64,000 bases of DNA from assembly GCA_964016885.1 (NCBI GenBank), contig OZ024748.1, positions 12,586,001 through 12,650,000 of the forward strand, written 5' to 3'. Under the pieces are notes generated by a model. That model did no database searches. It saw only the letters and a list, made by a program, of their open reading frames with translations, and was not told where the DNA came from. The translations under genes were made by a program, and so were the position numbers. The number at the start of each line of letters is the position of its first letter. Positions within the stretch are counted from its first letter, which is position 1. This stretch comes from Eledone cirrhosa (taxonomy: Eukaryota). Shown here piece by piece: positions 29,322 through 43,865 of the stretch.

Positions 29322-29615
29322 GTGTCAGTGTTGAACAAAAAGGTGACGTGGTTGCCTTAACACCGTATGGCATAAATTCAGGCTGTTCAGTTTGTTTACA
29401 AACGAACAAAGCGACGTTGGCGCCGCTAAACTGATACGTGCATATATGTATGTGTACCTGTATGCACATGTATGTATATATGTATATATATATATATATG
29501 TGCATGCTACTGTACGCCTGTATACATATATGTATGTACGTATACATGCATACTTACATTTAAGTAAGTGCCATACTAAGAGTGAGAAATGAAATTTCAT
29601 TTTCATTTTGTTTCA

Positions 29616-29668
<53 letters not shown>

Positions 29669-29671
<3 letters not shown>

Positions 29672-29790
29672 AAATAACAAAACAAACGGCATAGTACAAG
29701 GAAGTAATATATTAGTTTAACGCTTGAAATAGCAGGAAGAGAGTCTTAACATTTCGGACACTAGTCCTTCACCAGAAGATAGACAGAATA
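29669..29790 (-). mobile_element. Penelope-like pLTR fragment with degenerate minimal HHR (29744-29779)
   Basis: Minus strand TCTT-CTGGTGA-A-GGAC-TAGT-GTCC-GAAA-TG-TT-AAGA, two changes from the CTGATGAAGG..CCGAAACGT pattern of PLE HHRs; 3' end abuts (TA)n. Confidence 0.6.
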
Positions 29791-29818
29791 TTTATTTTTG
29801 TGCAATAATTGCTTATAC

Positions 29819-29908
<90 letters not shown>

Positions 29909-30368
29909 ATCTACACATACGCCCACTACAGATATAGAAATATAACATTGTTGTGTCGTGTTCCCTTTGTCCTCCTTTAACGGTTTTGTTGCACCTAAGT
30001 CTTGGTTATTAAGTGAGGGTCTGAACCAAAACATTGGAAACTCTTTATTTTAAAGCTCTCCAAACATCCGTGTCTGCTGACAGTGAGACAGAAAAGCAAC
30101 CGTAACTAATCACCATGTCATTAGTTCAAATGTTACTTGGTTCATTGAGAAAACAACACTGGAATAATTAGCTTAAACTAAACTAAAATATATAAATGAT
30201 ATACCTCCTTATATATTTATATACACTGAACAAACATTGCAATATAGATGTATACATCCATATGTATACATCCATATGTATACATCCATATGTATACATA
30301 CATATGTATACATACATATGTACATACAAACATACATACATACATACATACATGCATACATAGACACG

Positions 30369-30402
<34 letters not shown>

Positions 30403-30454
30403 CATAGATATATACAGACATAAATATATCCATACATACATACTTACACACATG

Positions 30455-30922
<468 letters not shown>

Positions 30923-30934
30923 CATATACATATA

Positions 30935-31000
30935 TTAGAAAGTGAGGTTTTTTTTACAAAATGAAAAATAACCGAGGTGTCCTACACGAGTGAAAGTATA
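30935..31000 (-). mobile_element. Short terminal fragment of the 27571 element in (TA)n
   Basis: TAGAAAGTG.GGTTTTTTTTACAAAATGAAAAATAACCGAGGTGTCCTACACGAGTGAAAGTATA is near identical to 27571-27635. Confidence 0.8.
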
Positions 31001-31016
31001 TATATATATATATATA

Positions 31017-31205
31017 GTTTTAATATAGATGAGTTTCTACAGGACTAGAACTGTTTCATTCTTTAGAAATCATCTGATGATTTCTAAAGAATGAAACAGT
31101 TCTAGTCCTGTAGAATCTCATCTATATTAAAACTTTTATACTCTGCTATGTATTGAGTACCTTACTTACTGTGGTTACCTCCGATTCAACCCGGAATAAT
31201 TTACC
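31017..31205 (+). mobile_element. Fold-back element with 5'-truncated HHR, in (TA)n (copy 1)
   Basis: 58-bp arms (31017-31074/31076-31133, 1 mismatch); CTGATGA-T-TTC-TAAA-GAA-T-GAAA-CAGTTCTAG-TC at 31074-31107; second copy at 60887-61065. Confidence 0.75.
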
Positions 31206-31348
31206 TATATATATATATATATAAAATATATAGTATATAATATAGGTAATACGTATATAATATGACATATACAATATATTACACATAATATATTGTATTC
31301 TGTGCTGGAAAGAAGTAGAGAAAAAGAGAAAGAGTGATAGCCATATGT

Positions 31349-31425
31349 GTGGCGGAATGTGGCCTAGTGGTTAGATCTTGAGTTCGTGACCTAGACCAGT
31401 TGGTGCATCATGTTTTTTAGCAATG
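31349..31425 (+). mobile_element. Degenerate SINE family 2 head
   Basis: GTGGCCTAGTGGTTAG A box, GAGTTCG B-box remnant. Confidence 0.5.
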
Positions 31426-31649
31426 TTCTGTAGCTCATATTATCGCTAAAACATAACATTTTATGGGTTGTTCAGAGGACGCAGTGTAGTATCCATCACC
31501 TGATAATCAAATATTGGTGAGGAAAAACCAAAGAAGAAACCGCGGTTCAACTAAGTTTTTGCCACACAGAAATCCTCATCAGCATATTTGGAATACATTG
31601 CCAAAGATAGCCAAGTTTTTGAGATAAAAATTGATCAGAATAGCGCATC

Positions 31650-31880
31650 ATTGTCCTAGTGAACTCTTGTTCTAAATATAACCCAATGCCCAGGTGATGG
31701 TATTGTTAAACCTCACGATGGATTAGATCTATTATCCTAGTGAATTCTTCTTCTAAATATAACCCAAGGCTCAAGTGATAGTGTTGTCTTAAACCTCACG
31801 ATGGAATAGGTATATTATCCTAGTGAATTCTTAAAAAAATACCTAAGGATCAAGTGGCCACCTTAAATCTGGTGATGAAT
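31650..31880. repeat. About 82-bp tandem repeat, 3 copies
   Basis: TCCTAGTGAA.TCTT..TCTAAATATAACCCAA...AAACCTCACGATGGA recurs. Confidence 0.8.
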
Positions 31881-32067
31881 GAAGTCTAGCACATTACTGG
31901 TCCAGGGTTCTTTACCCACAGAAAAAAGACTGTATGGTCATAGGTGGCTTTTGTTTATACGCCTGTTCAGTCAGGGTTGGCGTAGGCATACATAACAACT
32001 ATATTTGTATGTATGTATGTAAGTATGTAAGTATGTAAGTATGTATGTATGTATGTATGTATGTATG

Positions 32068-32144
<77 letters not shown>

Positions 32145-32238
32145 CTCTCTATCTATCTATCTATGTAACCACATAACTCCATGTATCTCCATATCTCCGT
32201 GACTACGAGTTAAATCTATTTGTCCACCTATCTACCCA

Positions 32239-32379
<141 letters not shown>

Positions 32380-33485
32380 CATGTATATATATATATATTT
32401 ATACACACACAAACACACAAACTTACCCTACCCTTATTCAACCCTCAACCCTCAGCCTTCAGTCTTAATTACGACACAACAACGATCCTGCCCTAGACAT
32501 TGTCAAATGTCATGAGAATCTCACATTTTCTCTTCCATGTCTCGTCGTCATCCCTTGTTAAGCCACAAATGTTAGACATGACCCACTTCGCGACCACTAA
32601 ACCTCTTCTTTTCCATCTTACTACTTACGGCGACCCGCTTTTTGTTTTAACTTTTTACTTTTGTTGCTCTTTGCTGTCACAATATCGCTCTGTTCCTCAT
32701 TAATTCGACGCCATCTTGTTTTTATATTTTATCAAATGTTTCCATCAGATGTTTATTTTGTCGGGAGGAGGTCTTTATTCTTATTTTCTGGTTTTTTTTT
32801 GTTGTTGTTATTTACCTCTTCTTAGTCTATTTTATTGTTTATTTTTGTAATTTGATCTCCAGATGTCCGTTTATATATAATGTTACTTGGTCTTCTTGTT
32901 ATGTTACCATTATTTTTCTAACGACTCATCTATTCATACAAGTAATTCTTTTTCTTTTTCTTTCTATCTCATTTTTTCTTCGTTCTTCATCAGATTTCTC
33001 TTATATTTTATTTTTATTTTACTTTAAAAAAAATTACTCTTCTGTTTTGTTTTTCCGTTTTCATCGCCTTCTTCATCATCTTCATCATCGTTATATTTTC
33101 CTTTCTTTTCCCCCTCTTTAGTTTTGACGATGCATTTTATCTTAACTACACACACGCAAATCTACAACATAATCATCACAAAACAACCTGGGCTCAATAT
33201 TAGGCAATACCGTTCTTATACACGAATTTGCATTCCTAGTGGGTGGCTGAAAAGGAAGTTAGAAGGTTTAAATCATTCATCCTACGTTTTTGGCGTGCAA
33301 CATTGATATATGTTTGTGTGTGTGAATTTGTATCTATGCATACATACATGCACCCATATATACACGTATATTAACGACTTTATATACATAACCCGGTGTG
33401 TTGACTGAAAATGAAATCCAAACTACAGCAACAACTACTACTACAATAACAACTACAATAACAACAATAACAACAATAAAATAAT

Positions 33486-33905
33486 AATGTTTCTACTTTT
33501 GGTACAAGGCCAGCAATTACTGGTGCATTACTGGTACTTTATTTTATCGACCCCGTAAGGATGAAAGGCAAAGTAAACCTCGGCGGGATTTGAACTCAGA
33601 ATGGCAAGGACCGTAACTCTATGCGTCAAAGCATGGCGTCCGACCCTCTACCGATTCTGCCAATCCACCGCCAATCCACAACAATAAAATAATAATTGTT
33701 TCTACTTTAGGCACAAGGCCAGCAATTACCCAGTGCATTACTGGTACTTTATTTTATCGACCTTTTAAGGATGACAGGCAAAGTTAACCTCGGCGGATTT
33801 GAACTCAGAACGCATAGGGCCATAACTCTATGCTGCAAAGCATAGTGTCTGACGCTCTACCGATTCTGCCAAACCACCTACTTTAGACACAAGGTCAACA
33901 ATTTT
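33486..33905 (-). mobile_element. Two tandem full-length SINE family 1 copies plus a tail fragment
   Basis: Reverse-complement copies at about 33486-33672 and 33695-33878. Confidence 0.9.
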
Positions 33906-34040
33906 TAATTGAGAAAAGATACAAAGATAGGAGTAGGGGGGAGATAAAAATAACTGTTAACGAGTATAAAAGTTATGAATTAATTTTGTATTAAGGATAT
34001 TTGAATTGTATTAATTATTAATTAATTATTAATTAAATAA

Positions 34041-34240
34041 AGGGCGGTGGATTGGCAGTATCGGTAGAGGGTCGGACGCCATGCTTTCCAGCATAGTTAC
34101 GTCCCTTTACGATCTGAGTTCAAATCCCGCCGAGGTTGACTTTGTCATTCATCCTTACGGGGTCGATAAAATAAAGTACCAGTAATGCACTGGTTAATTG
34201 CTGGCCTTGTGCTAAAAGTAGAAACAATTATTATTATTAT
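34041..34240 (+). mobile_element. SINE family 1, full length
   Basis: GGGCGGTGGATTGGCAG...GAGTTCAAATCCC...GTAGAAAC followed by an (ATT)n tail. Confidence 0.9.
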
Positions 34241-35034
34241 TATGGTAATAGCGATAGTAGAGGTATGTTTAGGTAGTTAATTAAGGGATTTTAAAGTTTA
34301 ATGTTAGTCGTTCTTACAATTGTTGTTGTTACTGTTGTTGTTGTGTATTTCTTCGCGCCAATATTTTTACCGCTCTTTTCTTCAATTAACATTCCAGTAA
34401 AACGTGTTCGTTACCATAACAACACTCTGTCTTTTTGCTGTCAAATCCCGCATCTTTATCTCTATCTATAGATAATATTCCTACAGCTTCACCCCTCCTC
34501 TCTCTCCCCCTCCTCTCTCTCTTTCCCTCGGATTCTCTCTTCTCTCGCCCCCCCCCTCTCTCTTTGGGAAACCATGGTAATCTTATGACACGTGATGCTA
34601 ATCACGATAAACTGGTGGCCACAACATTCCCGCACTAATTGTGATTGTTTTGTTGCTATGACAACTTGAATCCTTCTTGCTTCCTTGTTGTTGTTGTTGT
34701 TGTTGTTGATAGTGATGTTGTTCTTATTGCTGTTGTTATCGTTGTTAGACTTATTTTTATTGTTACCCCCGTTGGCGTTGTTATTGTTACAGTTGTTGTT
34801 AGTGTTGTTTGTTGAGTTTACTATTGTTATTGTTATTGCTATTGTTGTTACTGTTGTTATTGTTGTAACTGTTGTTATTTTTGTTATTGCTGTTACTGTT
34901 AATGACATTATTGTTATTGTTTTTACTATTTTATTGTCACGGCTGTTATTGTTACTGTGACTGTTATTATCGTTGTTGTTATTAATGTTGTTATTGATGT
35001 TGTTATTGACGTTATTACTACAAATGTGTGAGTC

Positions 35035-35210
35035 GTTACAACAACATGATCAGACTGGGGTCCCTATCCCTAAAAACACACACAAGAAACCTCCTATGAA
35101 ATGCAGACAGATATGAGTTCAGCTAAATCTGCAAAGGTTTGAGCTGTAACAACAACAGCATGATAAGCCTGGGGTCCCTATAATAAAAAACACACGCAAG
35201 AAACCTCCTA
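35035..35210. repeat. About 110-bp direct duplication
   Basis: ACAACA.CATGAT...CTGGGGTCCCTAT...AAAACACAC.CAAGAAACCTCCTA occurs twice. Confidence 0.7.
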
Positions 35211-35320
35211 ACAACCAAGTAAAAGCTACATAGGTGAGTTCTGTAATAACTGCTGTAAAACCTGTTTTTATATCAGAATGAATATTTTCTTTGTGTAGAA
35301 TTTTACAAATGGTATATGAG

Positions 35321-35595
35321 AAGGTAGAGAATTGGCAAAGTCGTTAGAACGTTGGATAGAATACTTTACGGCATTCATTTCGGCTCTCTGGTAAATAGAA
35401 TAAAATCAATTTGATCAGAACTCTACACTGTTATAGGCAGAGAGTTGGCAAATCGTTAGAACGTTGGATAGAATACTTTACGGCATTCATTTCGGCTCTC
35501 TTCTCTTTGAGTTCAAATCCCGCCGAGGTCAACTTTTCCTTTCATCATTTCGTGGTCAATAAAAAAGTACCAGGCTGGTACTGGGGTCAATTCTT
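35321..35595 (+). mobile_element. Diverged SINE family 1 subfamily (duplicated head plus body)
   Basis: TTGGCAAA.TCGTTAGAACGTTGGATAGAATAC occurs twice, then GAGTTCAAATCCCGCCGAGGTCAAC. Confidence 0.8.
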
Positions 35596-35648
35596 GCTCT
35601 ATATCTTTTTTCCAATTTTCACTCACTTTCTATTATTCTCTGGAAGAA

Positions 35649-35868
35649 GGGCGGTGGATTGGCAGTATCGGTAGAGAGTCGGACGCCATGCTTTGCAGCA
35701 TAGAGTTACGGCTCTTTATGGTCTGAGTTCAAATCCCGCCAAGGTTAACTTTGTCATTCATCCTTACAGGGTCGATAAAATAAAGCACAAGTCACGTACT
35801 GGGGTCGATTTAATCGACTTTCCCCTTCTCCCAAATTGCTGGCCTTCTGCCAATATAAGAAACCATTG
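35649..35868 (+). mobile_element. SINE family 1, full length, with 13-bp TSD
   Basis: TSD TTCTC(T/A)GGAAGAA at 35636-35648 and 35869-35881. Confidence 0.9.
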
Positions 35869-36342
35869 TTCTCAGGAAGAAATCTGCTATGTTCAGGCCT
35901 GCAGAGAAATGGGCTCCGCTAAGCTTAACATGCCCAAGAAACTCCATATGTCAATATGGTAGTCCCACGACACCATCAGGAGTTACAGGACCAAATTATA
36001 TGGGCAGAATACTGCATATTAACCGTACTGACCAGATGTCCATTTGTCATGTCCAAGCAAGACTTGACCACAATGATTTATAGTGACACTCTGACCAACT
36101 GACCAACAGACCAACAGATCAACTGACCAAATGTAAATCTTATTTAATATATTCAGCAGAAGCAAAAAATGAAATAAAATTAAAAACAAAATAAAATACA
36201 AAAATAAAATATAAAAGATATGGTACAGCAACCATCCCCCAAACTCAAATCAAGAATACATTTACATACTCACGTACACACACACACGCATAAATACACA
36301 ATCACACAAACAGGTACACACACACACCTCTCTCTCTCTCTT

Positions 36343-36609
<267 letters not shown>

Positions 36610-36664
36610 TAAAATAACAGATTAAAGTTTAAGCAAAGAATCACATATGTGTGTGTGTGTATGA

Positions 36665-36914
<250 letters not shown>

Positions 36915-36916
36915 GA

Positions 36917-37130
36917 AGGCGTGTGGCTGAGTGGTTAGAGAATTGGATTCGCAATCGTAAGGTTGTGAGTTCGATTCCTGGACAAGGTGATGCGTTATGT
37001 CCTTGAGCAAGACACTTTATTTCACGTTGCTTCTTCTACCTGGAGTTGCGACCGATAGATAGTATTAGCAATTGGAAAGACCAACGGAAACATTGTTCCC
37101 TCGGTCCGATTTGACGAAAGTCGATCGTTC
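36917..37130 (+). mobile_element. tRNA-derived SINE family 2 (CORE-like domain)
   Basis: GGCGTGTGGCTGAGTGGTTAG (A box), GAGTTCGATTCC (B box), TGTCCTTGAGCAAGACACTTTATTTCACGTTGCT. Confidence 0.8.
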
Positions 37131-38102
<972 letters not shown>

Positions 38103-38736
38103 TAGATAGATAAATATATATATGCATATATATATACACATATATATACATATATATAATCTATAACTGAGTAAGTACTGAACCAAAAATTACATTAAAT
38201 ACATTCCAGCCTAAAAGATGTAAATAATTGTAAAACAAAAACACACAAAAAAACCACCCAATAAACAAAACAAAACGAAATGAAAACAAATCATATAAAC
38301 AAAACAAGAAAAAAAAAATAAGAGAAGAACCTGACATAAAATAAAGACGAAACAAACCAAAACTGGGACATAATTGATCGACTTGTTACGTCTGCTCTTC
38401 AAAACCACCCTGTTCACTATTGACAGACTTTCAGTAATCATAGACTGCTAAACTCAACTTCCAAATCGATAAAGGTTAGGTGTGTGTGTGTGTGTGTGAG
38501 TAGATGAGTAGGTGAGTGTGTGTGTGAGTAGGTGTGTGTGTGTGTGTGGAGGATGAGGAGGTGGAGGTTGTTTTAGGGGATAGGTAGGTGGGGTGGGGTG
38601 TTGTTTCTGTGTCTTTGCCTGTGTGTATGTATGTGTAGGTGTGTGTGTGTGTCAGTTTGTAAGATTGTGTTTGTTTAAGTGTGTGTGTATGTGTGTGTGT
38701 GTGTATGTGTGTGTGAGAGAGAGAGGGCGGGTAATT

Positions 38737-39265
38737 ATCACCACCACCACCACCACCACCACCACCACTACCACTACCACTAACAACACCAAAACCTCTA
38801 AAACCATCGCCATCACCACAACCATCCACCATCTTCACTAACACCACCACCACCACCACCACCACCACCACGACAACTACCACTAACACCACCACCACCA
38901 CCACGACAACTACCACTAACACCACCACCACCACCACGACAACTACCACTAACACCACCACAACCACCACCAACACCACCCCGACAACCACCACCATCAC
39001 CACCACCACCACCACCACCACCACCACCACCACCACCACCACCACCACCACCACCACCACCACCACCCCGACAACCACCATCACTACCACCACGACAACC
39101 ACCGCCACCACTACCATCACGACAACCACCACCACCACCACCACCACCACCACCACCACCACCACCACCACCAGCAGCACGAACAACACCACAAGCATCA
39201 ACACCATCATCAGCATCAGCATCATCAGCAGCATCGTCATCATCATCATCGTCATCATCGTCGTC
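38737..39265. repeat. (CCA)n/(CAT)n block
   Basis: Seen directly. Confidence 0.95.
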
Positions 39266-39565
39266 TAAATATAGACCAACATGCAAGTGAATCTCTTAAG
39301 TTACATAATTAGTTGAATTTAATGGCCGAGCACGTATGTCCAGGAGTGTGCTGTCTATAACTGGACACACGCACACCTTTACACACACACACACACACAC
39401 ACACATACACACTCACACATGCATACACACACATAGATATATCTAGATATATCTTTATATATATCTATATATACTTATACATATATATATGCATATTTCT
39501 CTCCCTATTATATATATCTATCTATAATATATATATAGATAGATATATAGATAGATATATAGATA

Positions 39566-39676
<111 letters not shown>

Positions 39677-39837
39677 ATATATTTCTCTCTATATATACAC
39701 ATATACATCAGCACACACAAACACGCATATATATTAAATGGATGGAAATCCAAGAATTTAAGGCAATTTATTTACCTTACACGTGTTTCAACAAGAATGA
39801 GTAAAAAAATATAAATGAACTTTTACTGCTTTATATA

Positions 39838-39916
<79 letters not shown>

Positions 39917-39953
39917 ATATGAACTATCTGTTGAAACGTCAAGAGCTTAATTT

Positions 39954-40024
<71 letters not shown>

Positions 40025-40049
40025 TAGATACATATATGGATGGATAGAT

Positions 40050-40360
40050 ATGTTTCTTTATTAGCCACAGGGGCACAAAAGAAGGGGACAAATACAAAGG
40101 GGGAAGTTTACATACAATAAAAACGTGTAAAATACTATCACAAATAAAATTTAAAAGTTAATCGATTTTCCCCAATAGGGGGAGACATTACACATGGGTA
40201 ACTTATGGGTAACACATGGGTAACCCCCGAAAAAAATGTGCAACCCTCATCTCCAGGAGTACGAAGAGTTTGTACCCCTTTCCTCTCCTCCTCTTTTTCC
40301 TCAACCTACAGGCTGATATAGAGAGAAGGCCCATTCACTCGGGCCATTCTCGCCACTTTC
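40050..40360 (-). mobile_element. Probable non-LTR retrotransposon 3' end in a (GATA)n tract
   Basis: Minus strand ends ...CCCTGTGGCTAATAAAGAAACAT (poly(A)-signal-like) and is flanked by GATA repeats; family not identified. Confidence 0.35.
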
Positions 40361-40400
40361 GATAGATAGATAGAAAGATAAATAGATAGATAGATAGATG

Positions 40401-40435
<35 letters not shown>

Positions 40436-40834
40436 GGATAGATAGATAGCTAGATAGATAGCTAGATAGATAGCTAGATAGATAGATAGATAGATGGATA
40501 GATAGATAGATAGAAAGATAGATAGATAGATGAAGATAAAGCGTTACGAAGGTAGATAGGGTTAGACGAACATTGCAAACGTGTAAAAGGAGACGGAAAA
40601 AAACTGTCAAGTAGTCCAGACTACTAATAGACAGATAGACATACAGACACACACACAGACAAACAGACAGACTGACATATATACATACATACGGACAGGC
40701 AGGCAGACAGGCATACAGGCAGGCAGACAGGCATACAGACAGGCAGGCAGTCACACAGACTGGCTGTATAAACAACAATACATCCCTCCATCACCCCTTA
40801 AACATCATCCAGAACAACAACAACAACACTGATG

Positions 40835-40865
<31 letters not shown>

Positions 40866-40897
40866 GTGTATATATATATATGTATATATGTATATAT

Positions 40898-41040
<143 letters not shown>

Positions 41041-41083
41041 CCATATATATACCATATATATATATACCATATATATATATATA

Positions 41084-41153
<70 letters not shown>

Positions 41154-41160
41154 ATATATT

Positions 41161-41227
<67 letters not shown>

Positions 41228-41488
41228 GCACACACACGACACACACACACATATATATATACATACTATATGGAGTCCGGAAGCCATCATGTTAGAGACC
41301 TCTATTGGACACATTGACTTGACACGTGACAGCAGACATCTTGGAAGATAAAGAATTATAGCTTACATCAGTGAATTCTGGGAAATATTTACAAGATTCC
41401 TACCTGTACTGTAGAGATGGTGGCGGATGGTATTGGATGGGGTGGTCGATTTGTTGTTATTGTTGTTGTTCGTGTAATATTGGATTTA

Positions 41489-41600
41489 AAAGCACGTAGT
41501 TTAATGTTTCGTGTATTCAAGTCGTAATGATACGGTTGTGAGTTCAATTCCGGCTGGAGTGAAATGTCCTTGAGCAAGACACTTTATTTTAAGTTATTCC
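41489..41600 (+). mobile_element. Diverged SINE family 2
   Basis: GGTTGTGAGTTCAATTCC...TGTCCTTGAGCAAGACACTTTATTT. Confidence 0.7.
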
Positions 41601-41622
41601 AACCCATTCACCTGGAAAATAA

Positions 41623-41785
41623 TGGTTTCTACTTTAGGCACGAGGCCAGCAATTAACCAGTACATTACTGGTACTTTATTTTATCGACCCCCGTAAGGAT
41701 GAAAGGCAAAGTTAACCTCGGCGGGATTTGAACTCAGACCGTAAAGGGACGTAACTATGCTAGAAAACATGGCGTCCAACCCTCT
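41623..41785 (-). mobile_element. SINE family 1
   Basis: Reverse complement of body and tail. Confidence 0.85.
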
Positions 41786-42019
41786 GGAAAATAATGATTT
41801 TTACTTGAAATTCAAAGGGTTATGGTTGTCACACTTCGTTTATGCTGAATTTCTTCGAGAAGAACATTAAAGCTGCACACATCTGTGGAATACTCAGTCA
41901 CTTGTATTATAGCTGTCTGCTCCTTTGCTGTTCAAACAACTTAAACACTTGTCGTCGGAACCGACGCAGGTCCAATACGCTCTACATGTTATTGTTTAGT
42001 ATTGTAGTTGTTTATTTAT

Positions 42020-42560
42020 ATTGTAGAGAATGTTGTTATAGTGTTGTAGAGAATGTTGCTATGGTGTTGTAGAGAGTATTGCTATAGTGTTGTAGAGAGT
42101 GTTGCTAAGGTGTTGTAGAGAATGTTGCTATGGTGTTGTAGACCAGGCTGCTACGGTGTAGATATTGTTACTACGGTGTTGTACAGAGTGTTGCTATGTT
42201 ATTGTAGACAACGTTGTTATGGTATTGTAGACAATAGTGCTATGGCGTTGTAGAGAATCTTGCTATGGTGTTGTAGAGAATGTTGCTATGGTGTTGTAGA
42301 CAATGTTGCTACGGTGTAGTAGATAATGTTGCTATGGCGTTGTAGACAACATTACTACGGTGTTGTAGAGAATGTTGCTATAGTGTTGGATATATTGTTG
42401 CTACGGTCTTGGATATATTGTTGCTAAGCTGTTGTAGAGAATGTTGCTATGGTATTGTAGACAATATTGCTATGGTGTTGGAGATATTGTTGCTATGGCG
42501 TTGTAGATACTGTTACTATGGTGTAGATATTGTTGCTATCGTGTAGTAGACAATGTTGCA
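42020..42560. repeat. About 23-bp minisatellite GTTGCTATGGTGTTGTAGAGAAT
   Basis: Seen directly, degenerate. Confidence 0.9.
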
Positions 42561-42639
42561 GGAATGGTCTTAGTGGTGGTAGTGGTATTGATGGTAATTT
42601 TAGTTGAATTGGTGTTAGTGGGAGCAATGAGAATAATAG

Positions 42640-43260
42640 TATTGGTAGTAGTAGTGGTGGTAGTGATGGTAGGGTTAGTTGTATTGGTAGTAGTGGTGGT
42701 TGTAGTGGTGATGGTAGGGTTAGTTGTATTGGTAGTAGTGGTGGTAGTAGTAGTGATGGTAGTGATGGTAGGGTTAATTGTATTGGTAGTAGTGGTAGTA
42801 GAAGTAGTGATGGTAGGGTTAGTTGTATTGGTAGTAGTGGTGGTAGTAGTAGTGATGGTAGTGATGGTAGGGTTAATTGTATTGGTAGTAGTGGTGGTAG
42901 TAGTAGTGATGGTAGTGATGGTAGGGTTAATTGTATTGGTAGTAGTGGTAGTAGAAGTAGTGATGGTAGGGTTAATTGTATTGGTAGTAGTGGTGGTAGT
43001 AGTAGTGGTGGTAGTGATGGTAGGGTTAATTGTATTGGTAGTAGTGGTAGTAGTAGTAGTGATGGTAGTGATGGTAGGGTTAGTTGTATTGGTAGTAGTG
43101 GTGGTAGTAGTAGTGATGGTAGTGATGGTAGGGTTAATTGTATTGGTAGTAGTGGTGGTAGTAGTAGTGATGGTAGTGATGGTAGGGTTAATTGTATTGG
43201 TAGTAGTGGTGGTAGTAGTGGTGATGGTAGGGTTAGTTGTATTGGTAGTGGTGGTGGTAT
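42640..43260. repeat. About 42-51-bp minisatellite GATGGTAGGGTTA(G/A)TTGTATTGG(TAG/TGG)n
   Basis: Seen directly. Confidence 0.9.
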
Positions 43261-43663
43261 TTTTAGATGTATTGGTGTTAGTGGTAGAAATGACGATGGT
43301 AGCATTGGTAGTGGTAGCTATGAGTAGTATCAATTGCAGTAGTGGTAGTGTTAGGTGGTAGTGTTAGGTGGTAGTAGTGATAGTGATGCAGCAGTGGTAG
43401 TGCATCACCACCACCACCACCACTGCTACCCCTGCTGATACTGCTGCTGCTGCTTGGTTATGCCATCGTCAAATTCTAATGTGTTACAACCAGCATCAGG
43501 GCAACAAAAGTCCTTCTTCCGACATTTGAAGACTTCACTTCCGTTTTACTATGTCTCGGTAAACGTTTTATTATCTGCTCAGCCACACAACCCCTCAAGC
43601 CCCCCAGCCCCCCAGCAGCCGAATCACCCTTCCTCACCTCCTCTTGTCTCATACTGATCCCTA

Positions 43664-43769
<106 letters not shown>

Positions 43770-43784
43770 GTATATGTAAATCTA

Positions 43785-43822
<38 letters not shown>

Positions 43823-43865
43823 CTGTCAGTCAGTCAATCAATCTCTCTCTCTCCATCTTACTGTG

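Larger units (their letters stand above)
28252..29621 (+). mobile_element. Array B: about 2.9 tandem 466-bp hammerhead-containing units (retrozyme-like), homologous to array A
   Basis: ATGCAAAT at 28261, 28727 and 29193; HHRs at 28337, 28803 and 29269; one visible SNP (28687 T vs 29153 C); ends in (TA)n. Confidence 0.92.

Noticed and set aside
28277-29606. 112-, 93- and 66-aa ORFs in array B
   Set aside because: Dominated by YI/HT dipeptides from the internal microsatellite and no domain similarity
36917-36985. tRNA gene
   Set aside because: The tRNA-like head runs into a SINE body and no intact cloverleaf is evident
42640-43260. TAGGGTTA motif as interstitial telomere
   Set aside because: One motif per unit and no (TTAGGG)n run
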